From Antedon mediterranea (lineage: Eukaryota > Animalia > Echinodermata): a DNA stretch of 64,000 bases. Positions 50,970 to 64,000 of this stretch are shown in pieces (position 1 is the stretch's first letter; each line of letters starts with the position of its first letter). Location of the stretch: assembly GCF_964355755.1 (NCBI RefSeq), contig NC_092674.1, positions 3,844,001 to 3,908,000 on the forward strand, written 5' to 3'. The position numbers and the translations under genes were made by a program. The notes under the pieces are model-generated. The model searched no databases. It was not told the DNA's origin and was given only the letters and a program-made list of their open reading frames with translations.

Positions 50970-51511
50970 AGATGTATTGTCCCTTGAAACACAAAAAAAT
51001 GAAGGTCAAAATATTCTAAATTTAAAGTGGCCATATCAAAGTAATATTAAAGTTATTCACTTTAAGTCGAAAATTTGAGCCAAAAACAACAAGTTTACGT
51101 AATTAACAGGTAGTTTGATTACATTTCATCTGGAAAATCGTCACGAGCGAAAGTAAACAAAGATTTCAAACCATGAGTACGCATTATGCATATGCTACAT
51201 TAGGATTGTTTACAACTCGTCACGGTTAAGAAGGTATTTTCACACAGATCATGAGGAAGTTTTATGATTATGCATACAGAGTAGCCAAACAAGCGCGTTT
51301 CATTATGGGACATGTTTTGATTGAAAACTTTGACTGGAAGTCAAAGTTATTTTTTTAACAAAAAAACGTCTGTATTTCAGTTAAATTTTTTTTTTTTCGA
51401 AAAATTTTTGGTGATAGTTAATAACTATTATGATACTTCAAAATGACCCACCTTTTTTCGAAATCTTTTATTTTTTATTTTTTTGGAATTAGTCAAAGGG
51501 ACAATACATCT
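50970..51511. mobile_element. TIR element (agatgtattgtccc family, Kolobok-like)
   Basis: agatgtattgtccctt ... aagggacaatacatct|ttaa; the left flank is a degenerate TTAA. Confidence 0.6.
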
Positions 51512-51523
51512 TTAACTATTTAA

Positions 51524-51668
51524 TGTATTGTTTGTAGTACAGCGCTAGCTGTCACGTGACACATGACACGTTGTTGTTTTAGTTATATCGTTATACGATC
51601 GAGTGATCCAATTAAAGTTTATTGTTTAAAGAGCTGTTTTTAGTAGTTTATTGTTTCCGAACATCACA
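51524..51668 (+). repeat. Candidate 5' LTR (145 bp) followed by primer-binding site
   Basis: TGT...ACA ends with an internal ATTAAA, followed after 4 nt by tggcgacgagg (51673-51683), a typical Gypsy PBS. The 3' LTR is not in the window. Confidence 0.7.
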
Positions 51669-51775
51669 TAATTGGCGACGAGGATTTTACTCAATATACA
51701 AAGAACCTTCAGAAAATCATTACTTACTTGGGCTACAAGTAAGGCAATATTTTATTTTTAGGCCATCAGCAAGTA

Positions 51776-54700
51776 CAGTGGGACAGCCAGTCGACAAATC
51801 GTGTCAAATTTCGACTCGGAGAGGGCGCCCTACTTTTCTAATTTAGTTCAAAATGGCTAAATTTTAGGGTGTTGGAAAAACACAATATTTGTAAATTTAG
51901 TTGATTATCGGAAAAATGTTGTTAGTGAAATAAATTCATAAATGGTTTTAATATATTGTCATGTAAAATTAAATGTATTTGAACAAAACGATAATCTGTA
52001 ATTTAACGGCAAAATCAACCAATGTCTTTTTTCCGAAATTGTACCCTAGAAAATCATTAAAATAAAATATTTAGAAAAATTGAACAGTCCTGAATTTAAA
52101 ATCCCTGTTAGAAAAATTAATAATCTACAGAATACGATATTAAGATACAAAATTCGGTGGTTGGGATGCAGCTCCGACTATTCAAACTAAAGGTACCACT
52201 ATTTGTTCCATCGAAAACTAGCGAAACCGCCATTTTGTAAACACATCGTCATCGTGTTTATGAATTTATTTATAGCGAACGATATACGCGATGTTTATAA
52301 TTGTCCGCGTATAAGAATTCATATAAATAAATACATTCCAATACAACGTATATTATTACTTGTTTATTTATCACAGTAAACACAGTTGAGGAATATTTAT
52401 CATAACTATTATAATAGCTTTTATACGAGTCCGAGGCCTAGCCCTATTAGCGAGCGATTGTTCCAGGGGCGGAAAGTCACTTAGTGACGTTGTGATCGGG
52501 CGCGTCGGGCCTAGCTAATATTAATAATATGACCTGAAATAAGCGGCTAACAAGAACTGTTATATACTTGCTTACAATTGTTTTGTTATTGATGAACAAA
52601 CAAGCAATTAGATTGAATAACAAATTATTTATTCATTTTTTTGGGGTAAAAACATGTACAAACTAGAGGGCCGGCCTAGGGGCCTAGTACTGTATAATAT
52701 AAATTAATACTGTAGTTAAACTAATACAGTATTAATAAAATATAAAATAGGCCTAACATACAATAAATATTCAATTTTTAAGGTCTACCACATGACAATA
52801 ACATAATTTACAGAGTATAGTGTAGTAGGTTTGCATTCAACATAAATATTTGTATTGTAATTCATCTAAATCCTCTGCAACATACATATATATTTGTAAT
52901 TCAACATTTTGTTTTAAATAATTAAATTATAGTTTGGGTATGATGACAATGTCGGTAGGTACCGGTCTCATCTTTTTATCCACTTCACTCTCAGTTTGAA
53001 GTCACAAAGACAAAGAACTCTGCATCATCAACGATTCCTGAAAGTGTCAGAAAAAATAATAAATATTATTTAAAAAAAATTTTAATGTCTGGTTGTATAT
53101 ATAATTATAATATTATATGATGACATAAAAGTAAGGCAAATGGAAGCTGTATTTTATTAATTAAATTACAGTATTTACTATTATTATTTATATAATCTAG
53201 GCCTACTAGTAGCCTAGCTAGGCATCTATTGAGCCTAATAAATCAAATAATAAATGAAAAATAAAATAATATTAATACTGATTGAAAAAAAGTATTTTTT
53301 GGGGGGGATCAGATCGAGTGTTGACAAAGTGCGAGGCAGCGAGGCACGCGAGGCAAGCGAGGCATGCGCGGCATGCCAAATATTTGTGCGAGGCATCATT
53401 TTATCATTTCCAAAAGTGCGAGGCATATAGTTTACAATTTCAAAAAGGTGCGAGGCATATCTTAACGTGCTATTATGCTATATTATAGGCCTAATAATCA
53501 ATCGATACAAGCGTATCTAAATAGATTCGTGTATACACTCATCATGTTGTTTATTTTTATGTAACGATTGTTTTTTCATTCAAGTCATATCGTGTCAAAT
53601 TTTACTTTTACAAAAGTGCCCAAACTACGGTTCAAAAATCTGAACGACAGTCTTCAACTTTCGATAAACAATAATTGTTATAGCGACACACTCATCAAAT
53701 GACTGCAATGTTTGTTGGCATTTCGAGCGTGTTCACTCACATGTCTCTCGAACATAGCAGAGTGAAAATAATATTTTGTCACACCCCTGCGCCTAGATCC
53801 GGTAGACCCGAGAGATGGAAAATCCCTCTTTACTATTTAGCAGGTAGCGGAATGATTCAGCCCTCAGCTCAGAGGATTGTGGTGCATTCCCTCCTATAGC
53901 ACGTGGTTTCAGCAGCAACGCACAGACTTCTCTCTGAGCGGCGTGCCAAAGACATTTTTGACATTCCATTCTCTAGGAACAACACGTGTACCTCTCTCGC
54001 AAATAAGGTGAACAGCGATTGCCAGGACAAGTTCAATAACTGGCGGTGAATAAAAGGTAACTGATATGCCGATCCAATAACATGCCGCAAAGAAAAAAAT
54101 TGCGACAGAATTCTGGAGCGCGTGTGAAAAAAGACTTACGTCCGACAATTGTAATACTAGGCCTAAAATTAAACTTTAGCTAATATGCTTAGCCCTAACC
54201 TAGATAAAGGCCTATGTAGAAAATAATTTAATCAATTTTGATAAAATAATAATTGGTGTAATATTTAATAATGATACACTATTCCTGTTTTAGTAAGCTA
54301 GGTATATTACGAACGATTTTTATTTATTGTTGTCCATGTACGTACTAATAAACCTGGCGCTAGTTTCCTTCGCTTGTATTTTTACTCCAAATTTGATAAC
54401 TAACTTTATCGTGTGAATACCACACCTTAGAAGTATACCTCATGAGTACTTTAATGAAAGAATCACATAAAAAGTAACAAATAAATCCTTAAATTAATGA
54501 TTTTACAGGCGTGTTTCTCGCACACTGTTCGCGAATTTCACTTATTCAATGTTCAATATTTTTGTTTCTATGGAGCGCCAAAAGAGCAACGATAATAGAG
54601 GACTAAAACTCAGTGGAATACGTCAATTTCTCATGCATTTATTGGTGAAAAACACGTTTTATTTCAATATATTTGTTAATTTGTCAATAAAAATGTTGTA

Positions 54701-56018
54701 ATATGTTACTGCTGATACTGTTCTGTTTTCAAAGAATAATAATCGATCCTAAATCAACATCACTACCTAGTCTAGACCTAGGACATCCTACTAAGGATAT
54801 TATGATGAATTTTTCTATTTTATTCTTTAAAAGGTTAACGAAACCGTGTACATTATCAACAGTAACATTTTTCCTTACTGACAGTGACAAAATCTATTGA
54901 AATTGTACTTGATTTTCACCAAATAATGCGTTAAATATAAATGGATTCCACAGAGTTTTTAGCCCTCTAATTAATTTTGCTCTTTTGGCGTTCCATAGAA
55001 ACCAAAATATTGAACATTGAGTGTGCGAAATGCGAGAAAAACAACGTCTGTAAAATCACCAATTTAATGGATTTATTGTTACTTTTATGTGATTTTTCTT
55101 CATTAAAGTATGCCTAATTCTAAGCTGTGGTATTCAGGATAAAGCCTTGGTTAAATTACAAGGCAGGTGCAAAAGGAAACTAGCCTAGTGGGCCTAGGCC
55201 TAGGCTACTTCAATTTCGGTGATTTCCTGCCTTGCAATTTTGAGAAATGATAAAATGATGCCTCGCATTTTTTGATGATGGTAAAACGATGCCTCGCATA
55301 AATTTCTGACTTGCCTCGCATGCCTTCCCTGCCTCGCGTGCCTCGCTGCCTCGCACTTTGTTACTACCCGATCAGATCACCAGGCTAGGCCGGCCAGGAC
55401 CAATGATACTCGTAATCAGTACAACTTAACGACTATCGGATCAGCATCAACACAGTACCAACACACGTCTCGCTATCGCCTATACTGACACACGTGTCTC
55501 GCGTTGCCGAAACCACGCTCACAGCTAGAAAATGTACCTACCTTTCGAGGCCTGAGAATACACCAACACATTTTGAACAGGATAGAAATATATCATACTC
55601 GATTAAACTAATATTATTCTTGATAAAACAATTGATTACAATTTTTTTAATTTGTTGGGATGCACCTCCGACTATTCAGAAAATGGACAACAAAACAGTA
55701 GTCAAATCGTACCACATTTATAAATTTCACGAGTCCCGACTTCAGTCGCCGAATGTATTGTATTAGCTTCGGTTTCTTTGAAGAAAACCGATTGGTTATT
55801 CAATTATACTTATTAGGAAATGCTTTTACCATAATAGGTAATGTTGGGCGGTTCTTAAATATTCATGAGAGCTTAAAATAAAACAGCACTTATTTGCTTG
55901 GCGACGAAAAATCGTGGTTTCAGTTTTCAACGATAGGTGGCGCTTCAAAATCGTCAATGCGGAAGTAAGTCGATTTTACACGATTTAACGGTCAAAACGC
56001 GAAGTGGCTTTCCCACTG
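51776..56018. mobile_element. Non-autonomous DNA transposon with 4-bp TSD (Academ-like termini) in the Gypsy leader
   Basis: agta|cagtgggacagcca ... tggctttcccactg|agta, with shared subterminal aaatcgtgt.aaat.cgact. Internal direct repeat gttgggatgca.ctccgactattca at ~52160 and ~55655. Removing it restores a ~260-nt Gypsy leader. Confidence 0.7.
53316..55369. mobile_element. Mutator-like non-autonomous element, perfect 9-bp TSD
   Basis: gatcagatc|gagtgttgacaaagtgcgaggcagcgaggcacgcgaggca ... tgcctcgcgtgcctcgctgcctcgcactttgttactaccc|gatcagatc. Confidence 0.85.
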
Positions 56019-56177
56019 AGTAGGCCTAGAATTAATATCACCGATCACCGAAGTGATTGCATTGCGGTACCGGCGAGGACGGGCATCACATTCACACTTA
56101 GCAACCACCGTAGGCTAACGACCGCCTACTATATACGTGAGTTTTCAGTACTATTATACGACCATTATTGAACAGCA

Positions 56178-57261
56178 ATGGACATTAAGTCTTCTATTTT
56201 ACCGTTCAAATCTGAACCCACAGAAACGGCACCAACTAGGTGGGAACGCTGGCTTAAGCGTTTTGATAATTTTCTCATCGCTAAGGCAATTACCGATGAC
56301 GGACGGAAACGAGCAATGTTACTCCACCTAGGAGGAGAGGATGTGTTTGAAATAAGTAAAACTCACACGACGGGGAACGAAACTTATCTAGAAACAAAAG
56401 AAAAATTGACAACGTACTTTGCACCTAAACGTAATGTTGAGTATGAAGTGTTCATGTTCAGGCAAGCTGCCCAGCACCCCACTGAATTGCTGGACAAATA
56501 CTATGCTAGGTTGTGCCAACTAGCAAAGAACTGTGAGTTCCAGGATAAGGAAGCGGAAATAAAATCGCAAATTATCCAACGCTGTCAACTTGTAAAGGTC
56601 CGCAACAAGGGCTTAAGTGAAGCAAACATGACACTAAAAGCATTACTTACATTTGGTCGAACACTAGAAGCCACCCAGGTACAAGCAAAAGCAATGGCGG
56701 GAGGTGTAGAGACAGAAAAAACTATACATGTGGTAGAACACAAGCAGAAGTACTACCAACATCGAAAACCGAAATATGGAGGGAAGCAAGGAGGTAAACA
56801 TAAAGCAAAGCCAGAAACAAATAACCGTCGTTGCACAGGATGTGGAGGTTGTCATGGTACGGAGAAGCGTGATAAAGTTTGCCCAGCCTGGGGAAAACAA
56901 TGTCATAAATGTAAACGATCAAACCATTTTGCTTCAGTTTGCAAGGCAACCACACCGGCAAATAATATGCACATGATACAAACAGAAACAGAGATTCCGG
57001 TGCAATCGGCGAAGGCGGTAACAATTGATGTTGATGAGTATGGATTTCCTTTATTTAAATCTGATACCTTAGGAAAATATGTGAAGCCTTACATGTGCGC
57101 TGTTACACTTAATGGTGTACCAGTAATGATGGAGATTGACACAGGAGCGACAACAAGTCTAATGTGTGAAGAACAATTTGGAAACATAAAGAAAGGTAAC
57201 CTGACCTTGAATACAGATTGCTTACCGAAGCTACGAACATACTCAGGAGAGATCATCGAAC
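56178..57261 (+). CDS. Gypsy gag + aspartic protease (5' part of gag-pol, interrupted)
   Basis: WERWLKRFDNFL..., CPAWGKQCHKCKRSNHFASVC zinc knuckle, MEIDTGATTSL protease active site, LRTYSGEIIE up to the LINE junction. Confidence 0.9.
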
Positions 57262-57564
57262 ATCCAGAGGGCGTTTTGGACCATGTGGATATTTAGGATT
57301 TTGCTCTCTCAAGGGCTCCAAAATTATCCGGTTTTAATTATTTTATAAACAGAATTTGTGGTTAAGTGTCATTTATATCTTATTTATGTTGGGATTCTGT
57401 AAAATTAGCACCTGGTTTGGTTTGAATCTGATGTTAACACGTTATCCAAAAGCTAGGCCTAGGCCACAAACCGGAAGCTACTAGCCAGGCAGTGTTCACT
57501 CTAGTGACTAGCTGAGTGAGGTGAGCAAGAGTACACGTGGGAATAGGCTATACAACAAACAAGG

Positions 57565-58344
57565 ATGCCTAGACCTAAGACCGTTAAAGGAAAAGGGAAA
57601 GAGGATGAGGTGTTAATAGTTGGAGATGAAGACTCGGCAGATGATGTTCCAACAGATGCAGTTTTGAAACAACCATCTGACATAAAAGACCAAGTCAAGT
57701 TTATACCCAGTCTCTTAGAAAATATGAGGGAAATCAAATCGTCCATGGAATTCTTTAACAAACTAATTGAAGAAAACTGTGTTAAGATGAAAAGCATTGA
57801 GCAAGAAAATAAACAACTGAAAGAAGATAACGAAGATCTTACGAGAAGAGTGGAGAAATTAGAGAAAGAGCAGGATGAACAGAATCAGTATAGCAGACGA
57901 GAGAATATTGAAATAAGAGGTATATCACAAATTGCAAATGAAAATACTGAAGATATTGCACTGAAAGTTCTAAAGGAAATCGACAGTAGTATAAAAAAAG
58001 AGGACATCGAGGCGTCACATAGGATTGGTAATCGAGATAGAACAGACAGACCAATAATTGTCAAATTTTGCAGCAGAAAGAAGCGTGATCAAGTATATAA
58101 TGACAGGAAAAAGATTAGGAATACAACTACTGATATGCTTGGATACACAGGTAAAAACCACATATATGTTAATGAAAACTTAACTCAAAAGAAACGTAGT
58201 CTTATGGGAAAAATAAACGATATAAGGAAGACAAAGAACTATAAGTATTTGTGGACATACAATGGGCGCATCTATGTACGCAAACAACAGGGTTCAATGT
58301 TGATTGTTATTAATAGTGAAGATGATATTGGTAAAATTGTATAA
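57565..58344 (+). CDS. LINE ORF1 protein (coiled coil + L1-type RRM/CTD), 259 aa, intact
   Basis: EQNQYSRRENIEIRGI, DIEASHRIG, RPIIVKF, IYVNENLT, YKYLWTYNGRIYVRK. Confidence 0.88.
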   Translation: MPRPKTVKGKGKEDEVLIVGDEDSADDVPTDAVLKQPSDIKDQVKFIPSLLENMREIKSSMEFFNKLIEENCVKMKSIEQENKQLKEDNEDLTRRVEKLEKEQDEQNQYSRRENIEIRGISQIANENTEDIALKVLKEIDSSIKKEDIEASHRIGNRDRTDRPIIVKFCSRKKRDQVYNDRKKIRNTTTDMLGYTGKNHIYVNENLTQKKRSLMGKINDIRKTKNYKYLWTYNGRIYVRKQQGSMLIVINSEDDIGKIV

Positions 58345-58392
58345 TAATGCTAATAGTTTTTCTGTACTTAAATATTTATTTATATGGTTTTA

Positions 58393-61194
58393 ATGGCTAA
58401 CCAAAATCTAGATTATCAATTACATAATAGCTGTATAAGACATATTCGTCATCTGAATTTTGTAATTTTTTTGATAATAAATCTCAATCAGTGTTTTCAG
58501 TATCTCACATTAATATTAGATCGCTTAACAAGAACTTTGAAGAATTTAAATTATTTTATGAGGAATTGGTTCAGAGTAAATTTAAAATTATAGCCTTGTC
58601 GGAAGTGTGGCAAGTTACAAACAAGGATTTGTTTAAAATGAATAATTACTCGTTGGAAACTAAATGTCGTATTAATCAAAGAGGAGGTGGAGTAGGAGCG
58701 TACATACATGATTCAATTAATTATACGGCTATTGATTATAATGTACATCATTCTGAGTCTTTATGGCTGGAAATAGATGTTGGTCAAAATAAATCCCTCA
58801 TAGTTGGAGTTTTATATAGGCAACCAAATACAAACGTTGAGGAATTTATTGAAAGCCTAGAATTGTCACTTGCAAATATTAAACAACAAGGTACTGAATG
58901 CATATTAATTGGGGATTTTAATATTAATGCAAGTAATTTAAATGCTGCAGATGCTTTAAGTCTAAAAAATAGCTTGTCTTGCTTAAACTTTATACAACTT
59001 ATTAATGTATATACACGAATAACCAGTAGTTCAAGAACAACAATTGATCATGTACAGTATATACAAATATCCATTCTAGATTTTTAACTTCAGGAACCAT
59101 AGAATTAGATATATCAGACCATTTGGCTACTTTTTGTATGTTAGAGAACTTTAATGACTACTTCCAACAGACTGATCAAATCAAATTTAGAAAATTTTCC
59201 AAGTTTAATATCCAACACTTCCAACATGATCTTATGAATGTAAATTGGTCTGAAGTATTTGATAGTCAAGAGGTAAATTCTGCTTACACAGAGTTTAAAA
59301 GGTTATTTCTAGAAGTTTGTAATAAACATGCACCATTAGTTTTAAAAACTGTTAACCCAAGAAAGAAACTAAAGAAACCATGGATTAATTCTAGTATAAA
59401 AAAATCAATTAAGCATAAACATAGGTTATTTTCAAAGGTAATAAAAAGTAATTACAATGTAGATATGTTAGCAAAGTATAAACGATATCGAAATTGTCTT
59501 ACAAATACCTTAAGAACAGCAAAACAGAAATATTACTCAGATCAATTTGAAGAAAAGTGTGGTAATACAAATAAAATATGGGAAATTATTAATGATATTT
59601 TAGGAAGAGGTAAGAAGAAAATGAAATTACCTAATAAATTAGAAATTAAATCATGTGATGGCAATGTTAATATAGAAACTAATCAAACAGCAATAATTAA
59701 TGGTTTTAACGATTATTTTGTTTCAATTGGAAAAAATCTTGCAGAAGAATGTATTGATAACACAAATGTAAATCATAATATATATTTATCAACTGTACCC
59801 CAGAATTCATTATTTTTCAATTATGTTGTTGATGAAGAAGTAAATGATATCTTAAAGGGTTTAGATAAGAATAAAGCTGTAGGCTTGGACCAAATTAATC
59901 CTAAATTAATTATATATGCAGCAGATTATATATCTAGACCTTTTACGTATATAATTAATTTGTCACTATCTACAGGGATCTTCCCTGATGACTTAAAAAA
60001 AGCAAAGGTATTTATTTCCATTATTTAAAAAGTGTCTGCCATCAGATCCAGGGAATTACAGACCAATATCTGTATTGCCACAATTTAGTAAAGTATTTGA
60101 GAAAATTATAAATAAACAACTTTTATGTTATTTAAGTAAATTTGATTTATTATATCATCAACAGTATGGATTTAGAGAAGGGTACAGCACAAAACTTGCT
60201 ATTATTGAGTTAGTACAAAATTTGTCTGAGAAATTAGATAAGGGAAACATAGTTGTTGGAATATTTTTAGATCTAAAGAAAGCATTCGATACAGTCAATC
60301 ATCAAATACTACTGGATAAGTTAAGTGCATATGGGATAAGAGGGTTGCCATTAGCTTTATTTAAAAATTATTTATATAATAGGAAGCAATGTATCAGTGT
60401 AAATGGAATAGAGTCTAATGAGAATTCAATAACTTGTGGAGTACCACAAGGGTCGGTCTTAGGACCTACATTGTTTCTTATTTATGTAAATGATATTGTA
60501 AACTCTTCTGACTTTTTTGATACACGATTATTTGCAGATGATACTAGTTTATTTTGTTCTTTTAATCCACATGAAATTGTTGACCTAACAAATGTAAATG
60601 AGCAGTTGAAACATATAGTAGATTGGTGTGATGTTAATAAGTTGACAATTAATTCTAAAAAGACAAATTATATTATATTTCGTAATCAGCATACAATAAT
60701 TGAAGTAAAGGGGGATATATACATAAAGGAATCAAAATTAGATGAAGTTGAAGCTACAACTTACATTGGGGTAGATATAGATAATAGACTTACATGGAAA
60801 GTGCATTCTAATAAGGTTAATAAAATTATTAGTTCTAAGGCTGGTTTATTGTACAAACTTAAATATGTTGTACCCCAATCAATTAAAACTAGAACTTAAA
60901 ATTTTAAATATTTATCAGCAGCATCAGTATTTAATTACTTTATTTGTTCATGATAGTTTACATGGTAAATTTCCAGATACAACTCCTAAATATTTTTTGT
61001 AATTAATTTTCGTTATTCATCAAGGTCTCAGACTAGAGAAAAGTTGTATGTACCAAAATATAGAACAAACATAGGACAACATTCCATCAAGTATTCTGGT
61101 GCAAAGCTCTGGAATGAAATCCCGGATGATTTAAGGTTTCTAACAAAAAGCAAATTCAAAAAAGAAATGAAAACATACTATTTGTTTGTATAGT
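58393..61194 (+). pseudogene. LINE ORF2 (AP endonuclease + reverse transcriptase), frameshifted
   Basis: HINIRSL, IALSEVW, GGGVGAYI, LIGDFN, TTIDH, SDH; KPWINSSI; NYRPISVLPQFSKVFEK, QYGFR, FLDLKKAFDTVNH, GVPQGSVLGPTLFLIYVND, LFADDT. Frame breaks near 58435, 59055-59120, 60010-60040 and 60890. Confidence 0.9.
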
Positions 61195-61469
61195 GATATT
61201 TATTTATTTTATAAGAGAATTAATTATATTGTATATATTTGAGAGAAAGTGTATTTAAAAAAAAAAAAATGTTTATGTATATTAATTTTATTTTAGACAA
61301 GTAGCCCTAATTTATTTATATAACTATTTATACTTCAATGTTTAGGGGCTGAACTTGATTAGTTTTAACTATTTTTTAGCCCTTCCCTTGATATAATTAT
61401 TATTATTTGTATATTATTACAATGTTTATAATTTATATTTATGGGTAAATAAAGAAAGAAAGAAAGAAA

Positions 61470-64000
61470 CCAATAGGTCAGACTATGGTGAATGTGTGCT
61501 ATGAGAAGAAAAGTTACAATCTTCCATTGTTGATAGTACCTGGCAAGGGTCCAAGTTTACTTGGCAGAGACTGGCTACAACAGATGAAAGTAAATTGGGC
61601 AACCGTACATCATCTAGACAAACTTGACTATACACAGATCTTTCCAGAGCTTTTCAAAAATGAACTTGGTACGCTAAAAGGTAATAAAGCAAAATTGTGG
61701 ATTGATAAGGAAGTACAACCCAGATTCTTTAAAGCTAGACCAGTTCCACATGCACTACGCTCTAAAGTAGAGTCTGAATTGGATAGATTAGTAGCAGAAG
61801 GGGTGATTAAACCAGTAGAATTTGCAGATTGGGCTGCACCTATTGTTCCTGTTCTAAAAGCTAATGGGGATGTGAGAATTTGTGGCGATTACAAGCTTAC
61901 TGTTAACGTTGCTGCAAAAGTGGACAGATATCCAATTCCAAACATCGAAGACCTTTATACCAAGCTAGCTGGAGGGAAATTCTACTCCAAGTTGGATCTC
62001 AGTCATGCTTATCAACAAATTGAGCTTGACGAGGAGTCACAAAAACTAACAACAATCAACACAACAAAGGGGTTGTTTGTTTACACCAGGATGTGTTATG
62101 GTATCTCATCAGCACCCGGTATATTCCAACGCTTGATGGAACAAATCGTACAAGGAATTCCGAAGATTGCAGTGTACTTAGACGATGTGTTAGTGACAGG
62201 AGCTTCGCAGGAAGAAGCCAACGCAAACTTAATGCTTGTCCTAACTAGACTTCAAAATGCAGGACTACGCCTAAAGCGAGAAAAGTGTACGTTTATGCAG
62301 GAGTCATGTGTGTATCTAGGGCATAAACTAGATGCTGAAGGGGTACACCCAACTAAAGAGAAAGTTCAGGCAGTGGCACAGGCACCTATCCCAAAGAACA
62401 CTTCAGAGCTGAAAAGTTACTTGGGTATGATAAATTATTATCATCGATTCTTGCGAAACCTCAGCACTGCTTTGGCACCACTAAATAATCTTCTGCGCAA
62501 AGATGTCAAATGGAAATGGGGCGCAAACGAACAGAGAGCATTTGAGTTGTCGAAGAACATGCTACAATCTTCTCAAGTAATTATCCATTACAATCCAGCC
62601 CTACCATTACTCCTCAGCTGTGATGCATCACCATACGGCATTGGCGCTGTGCTGTCTCATAGAATGCCTGATGGGATGGACAAGCCTGTAGCTTTCGCAT
62701 CTCGATCTCTTTTGAAGGCAGAAGCAAACTATGCCCACATTGAGAGAGAAGGGCTAGCAATCATTTTTGGAATTACAAAGTTCCTGTATGGTAGAGAATT
62801 CATCATCCAGACAGATCACAAGCCACTGTTAGGCTTATTAAAAGAAGACAAACTAGTATCAAGTATGGCTAGTGCAAGGATCCAAAGATGGGCCTTGAAA
62901 TTGGCCAATTATGACTATAAATTACAGTACAAGCCTGGTACCCAAAACGGCAATGCAGATGGTCTCAGTAGACTGCCGTTGGCCACTGTGCCAGCTACTG
63001 TTCCTGTTCCAGAGGAAATTGTGCTCTCAATGAACTTGCTGAACAATACTCCAGTGACAGCACCGCAGATAGCGAAATGGACAGCAAGAGATCCATTGTT
63101 GTCTGCAGTTCTTAAATATACACTCCAAGGTTGGCCTTCCGGGGTGGGAGAAGAATTCAAAATGTACCATCGCAAGAAGAGTGAACTTTCCACACAGAAA
63201 GGATGTTTACTTTGGGGTTCAAGAGTGATAATCCCAGCTCAAGGCCGAGAAATACTACTGTCAGAATTACATGAAAGCCATCCTGGCATTGTACGTATGA
63301 AATCATTGGCAAGAAGTTATATTTGGTGGCCTAATCTTGACATGGACATAGAAATTACTGTTCGGGGATGCCCTACTTGTCAGCAGTACGGGAAAGCACC
63401 ACCAAAAGCAAATCTGCATCCATGGGAGTGGCCAGGGAAACCCTGGTATCGCATACATATTGATTATGCAGGCCCGTTTGAAGGGAAAATGATACTAGTT
63501 ATAGTTGATGCTCATAGCAAGTATATCGATGCACACATTATGGCATCAAGCACAACATCAGCTACCTTAATCAAGTTACGTCAAACCTTTGCAACTCATG
63601 GTGTGCCATGGAGTCTAGTATCAGACAATGGTACCCCGTTTACCAGCCACGAGTTCCAGACCTTTTGCAAAAATAATGGTATTAAACATATCTGTAGCTC
63701 ACCATACCATCCAGCTAGTAATGGTCTAGCGGAACGAGCTGTGCAAACTGTGAAAGAGGGGTTAAAGAAAACTGTAGGTGAGGACATGGAGTCAAGATTA
63801 TATAGATTCCTGGCAAAATACAGACTAACACCACAGTCAACTACTGGTCAGTCACCAGCAGAATTACTAATGAAAAGACGTCCTAGGTCGCGACTTGACT
63901 TAGTTTGCCCTAATATGGAGAACCATGTACTGGATAAACAAGCTACAATGATAGCAGGACGAGAAACGCATGAGAGATCATTTTATGAGGGAGACTCAGT
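61470..64000 (+). CDS. Gypsy pol continuation (PR end, RT, RNase H, integrase), open to the window end
   Basis: PIGQTMVNV..GPSLLGRDWL; WAAPIVPVLK..VRICGDYK; YLDDVL; LSCDASPYGIGAVL; TDHKPL; ELHESHPG..CPTC; IHIDYAGPF; VSDNG; SNGLAERAVQTVK. Confidence 0.92.

Larger units (their letters stand above)
57262..61469 (+). mobile_element. Full-length CR1/L2-clade LINE inserted in Gypsy protease region
   Basis: 5' UTR, ORF1, ORF2 (APE+RT) and a 3' UTR ending aataaa(gaaa)4. Removing it rejoins atc gaa c|ca ata ggt (IEPIG). Confidence 0.92.
51524..64000 (+). mobile_element. Ty3/Gypsy LTR retrotransposon (single gag-pol, Mag/K02A2.6-like), runs off the window
   Basis: 5' LTR and PBS, gag with zinc knuckle, then PR-RT-RNaseH-INT order. 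Interrupted by nested insertions. Confidence 0.92.

Overview
AT-rich, intron-rich animal genomic DNA. It is probably from a marine invertebrate deuterostome, inferred from Deu/Nin-domain SINEs and the TE complement. (1) 187-18086 (+): a complete 37-coding-exon UGGT gene (ER glycoprotein folding sensor). Hand-spliced it gives 4572 nt / 1523 aa ending -PGEL, and its introns carry MITEs, SINEs and minisatellites. (2) About 19.7-24.2 kb: a nest of TEs (LINE-ORF1 relic, MULE-like element, and two elements inside it including a hAT relic). (3) 24401-25508 (-): an intact 2-exon testis-specific Ser/Thr kinase (TSSK) gene, with a deleted duplicate at 34111-34827. (4) 26.3-48.6 kb (-): the main finding, a tandem cluster of six paralogous genes plus one fragment. 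They encode two caspase-8/cFLIP-like tandem death-effector-domain modules (four DED-like folds) and a Lys/Arg tail, with no caspase domain. Two copies splice into intact ORFs (433 and 395 aa) and four are disabled. The region is partly a tandem segmental duplication with reciprocal gene loss. (5) 51524-64000 (+): a Gypsy LTR retrotransposon whose leader carries nested DNA transposons and whose gag-pol is split by a full-length CR1/L2-type LINE. All calls are by manual reading; no database searches were run.
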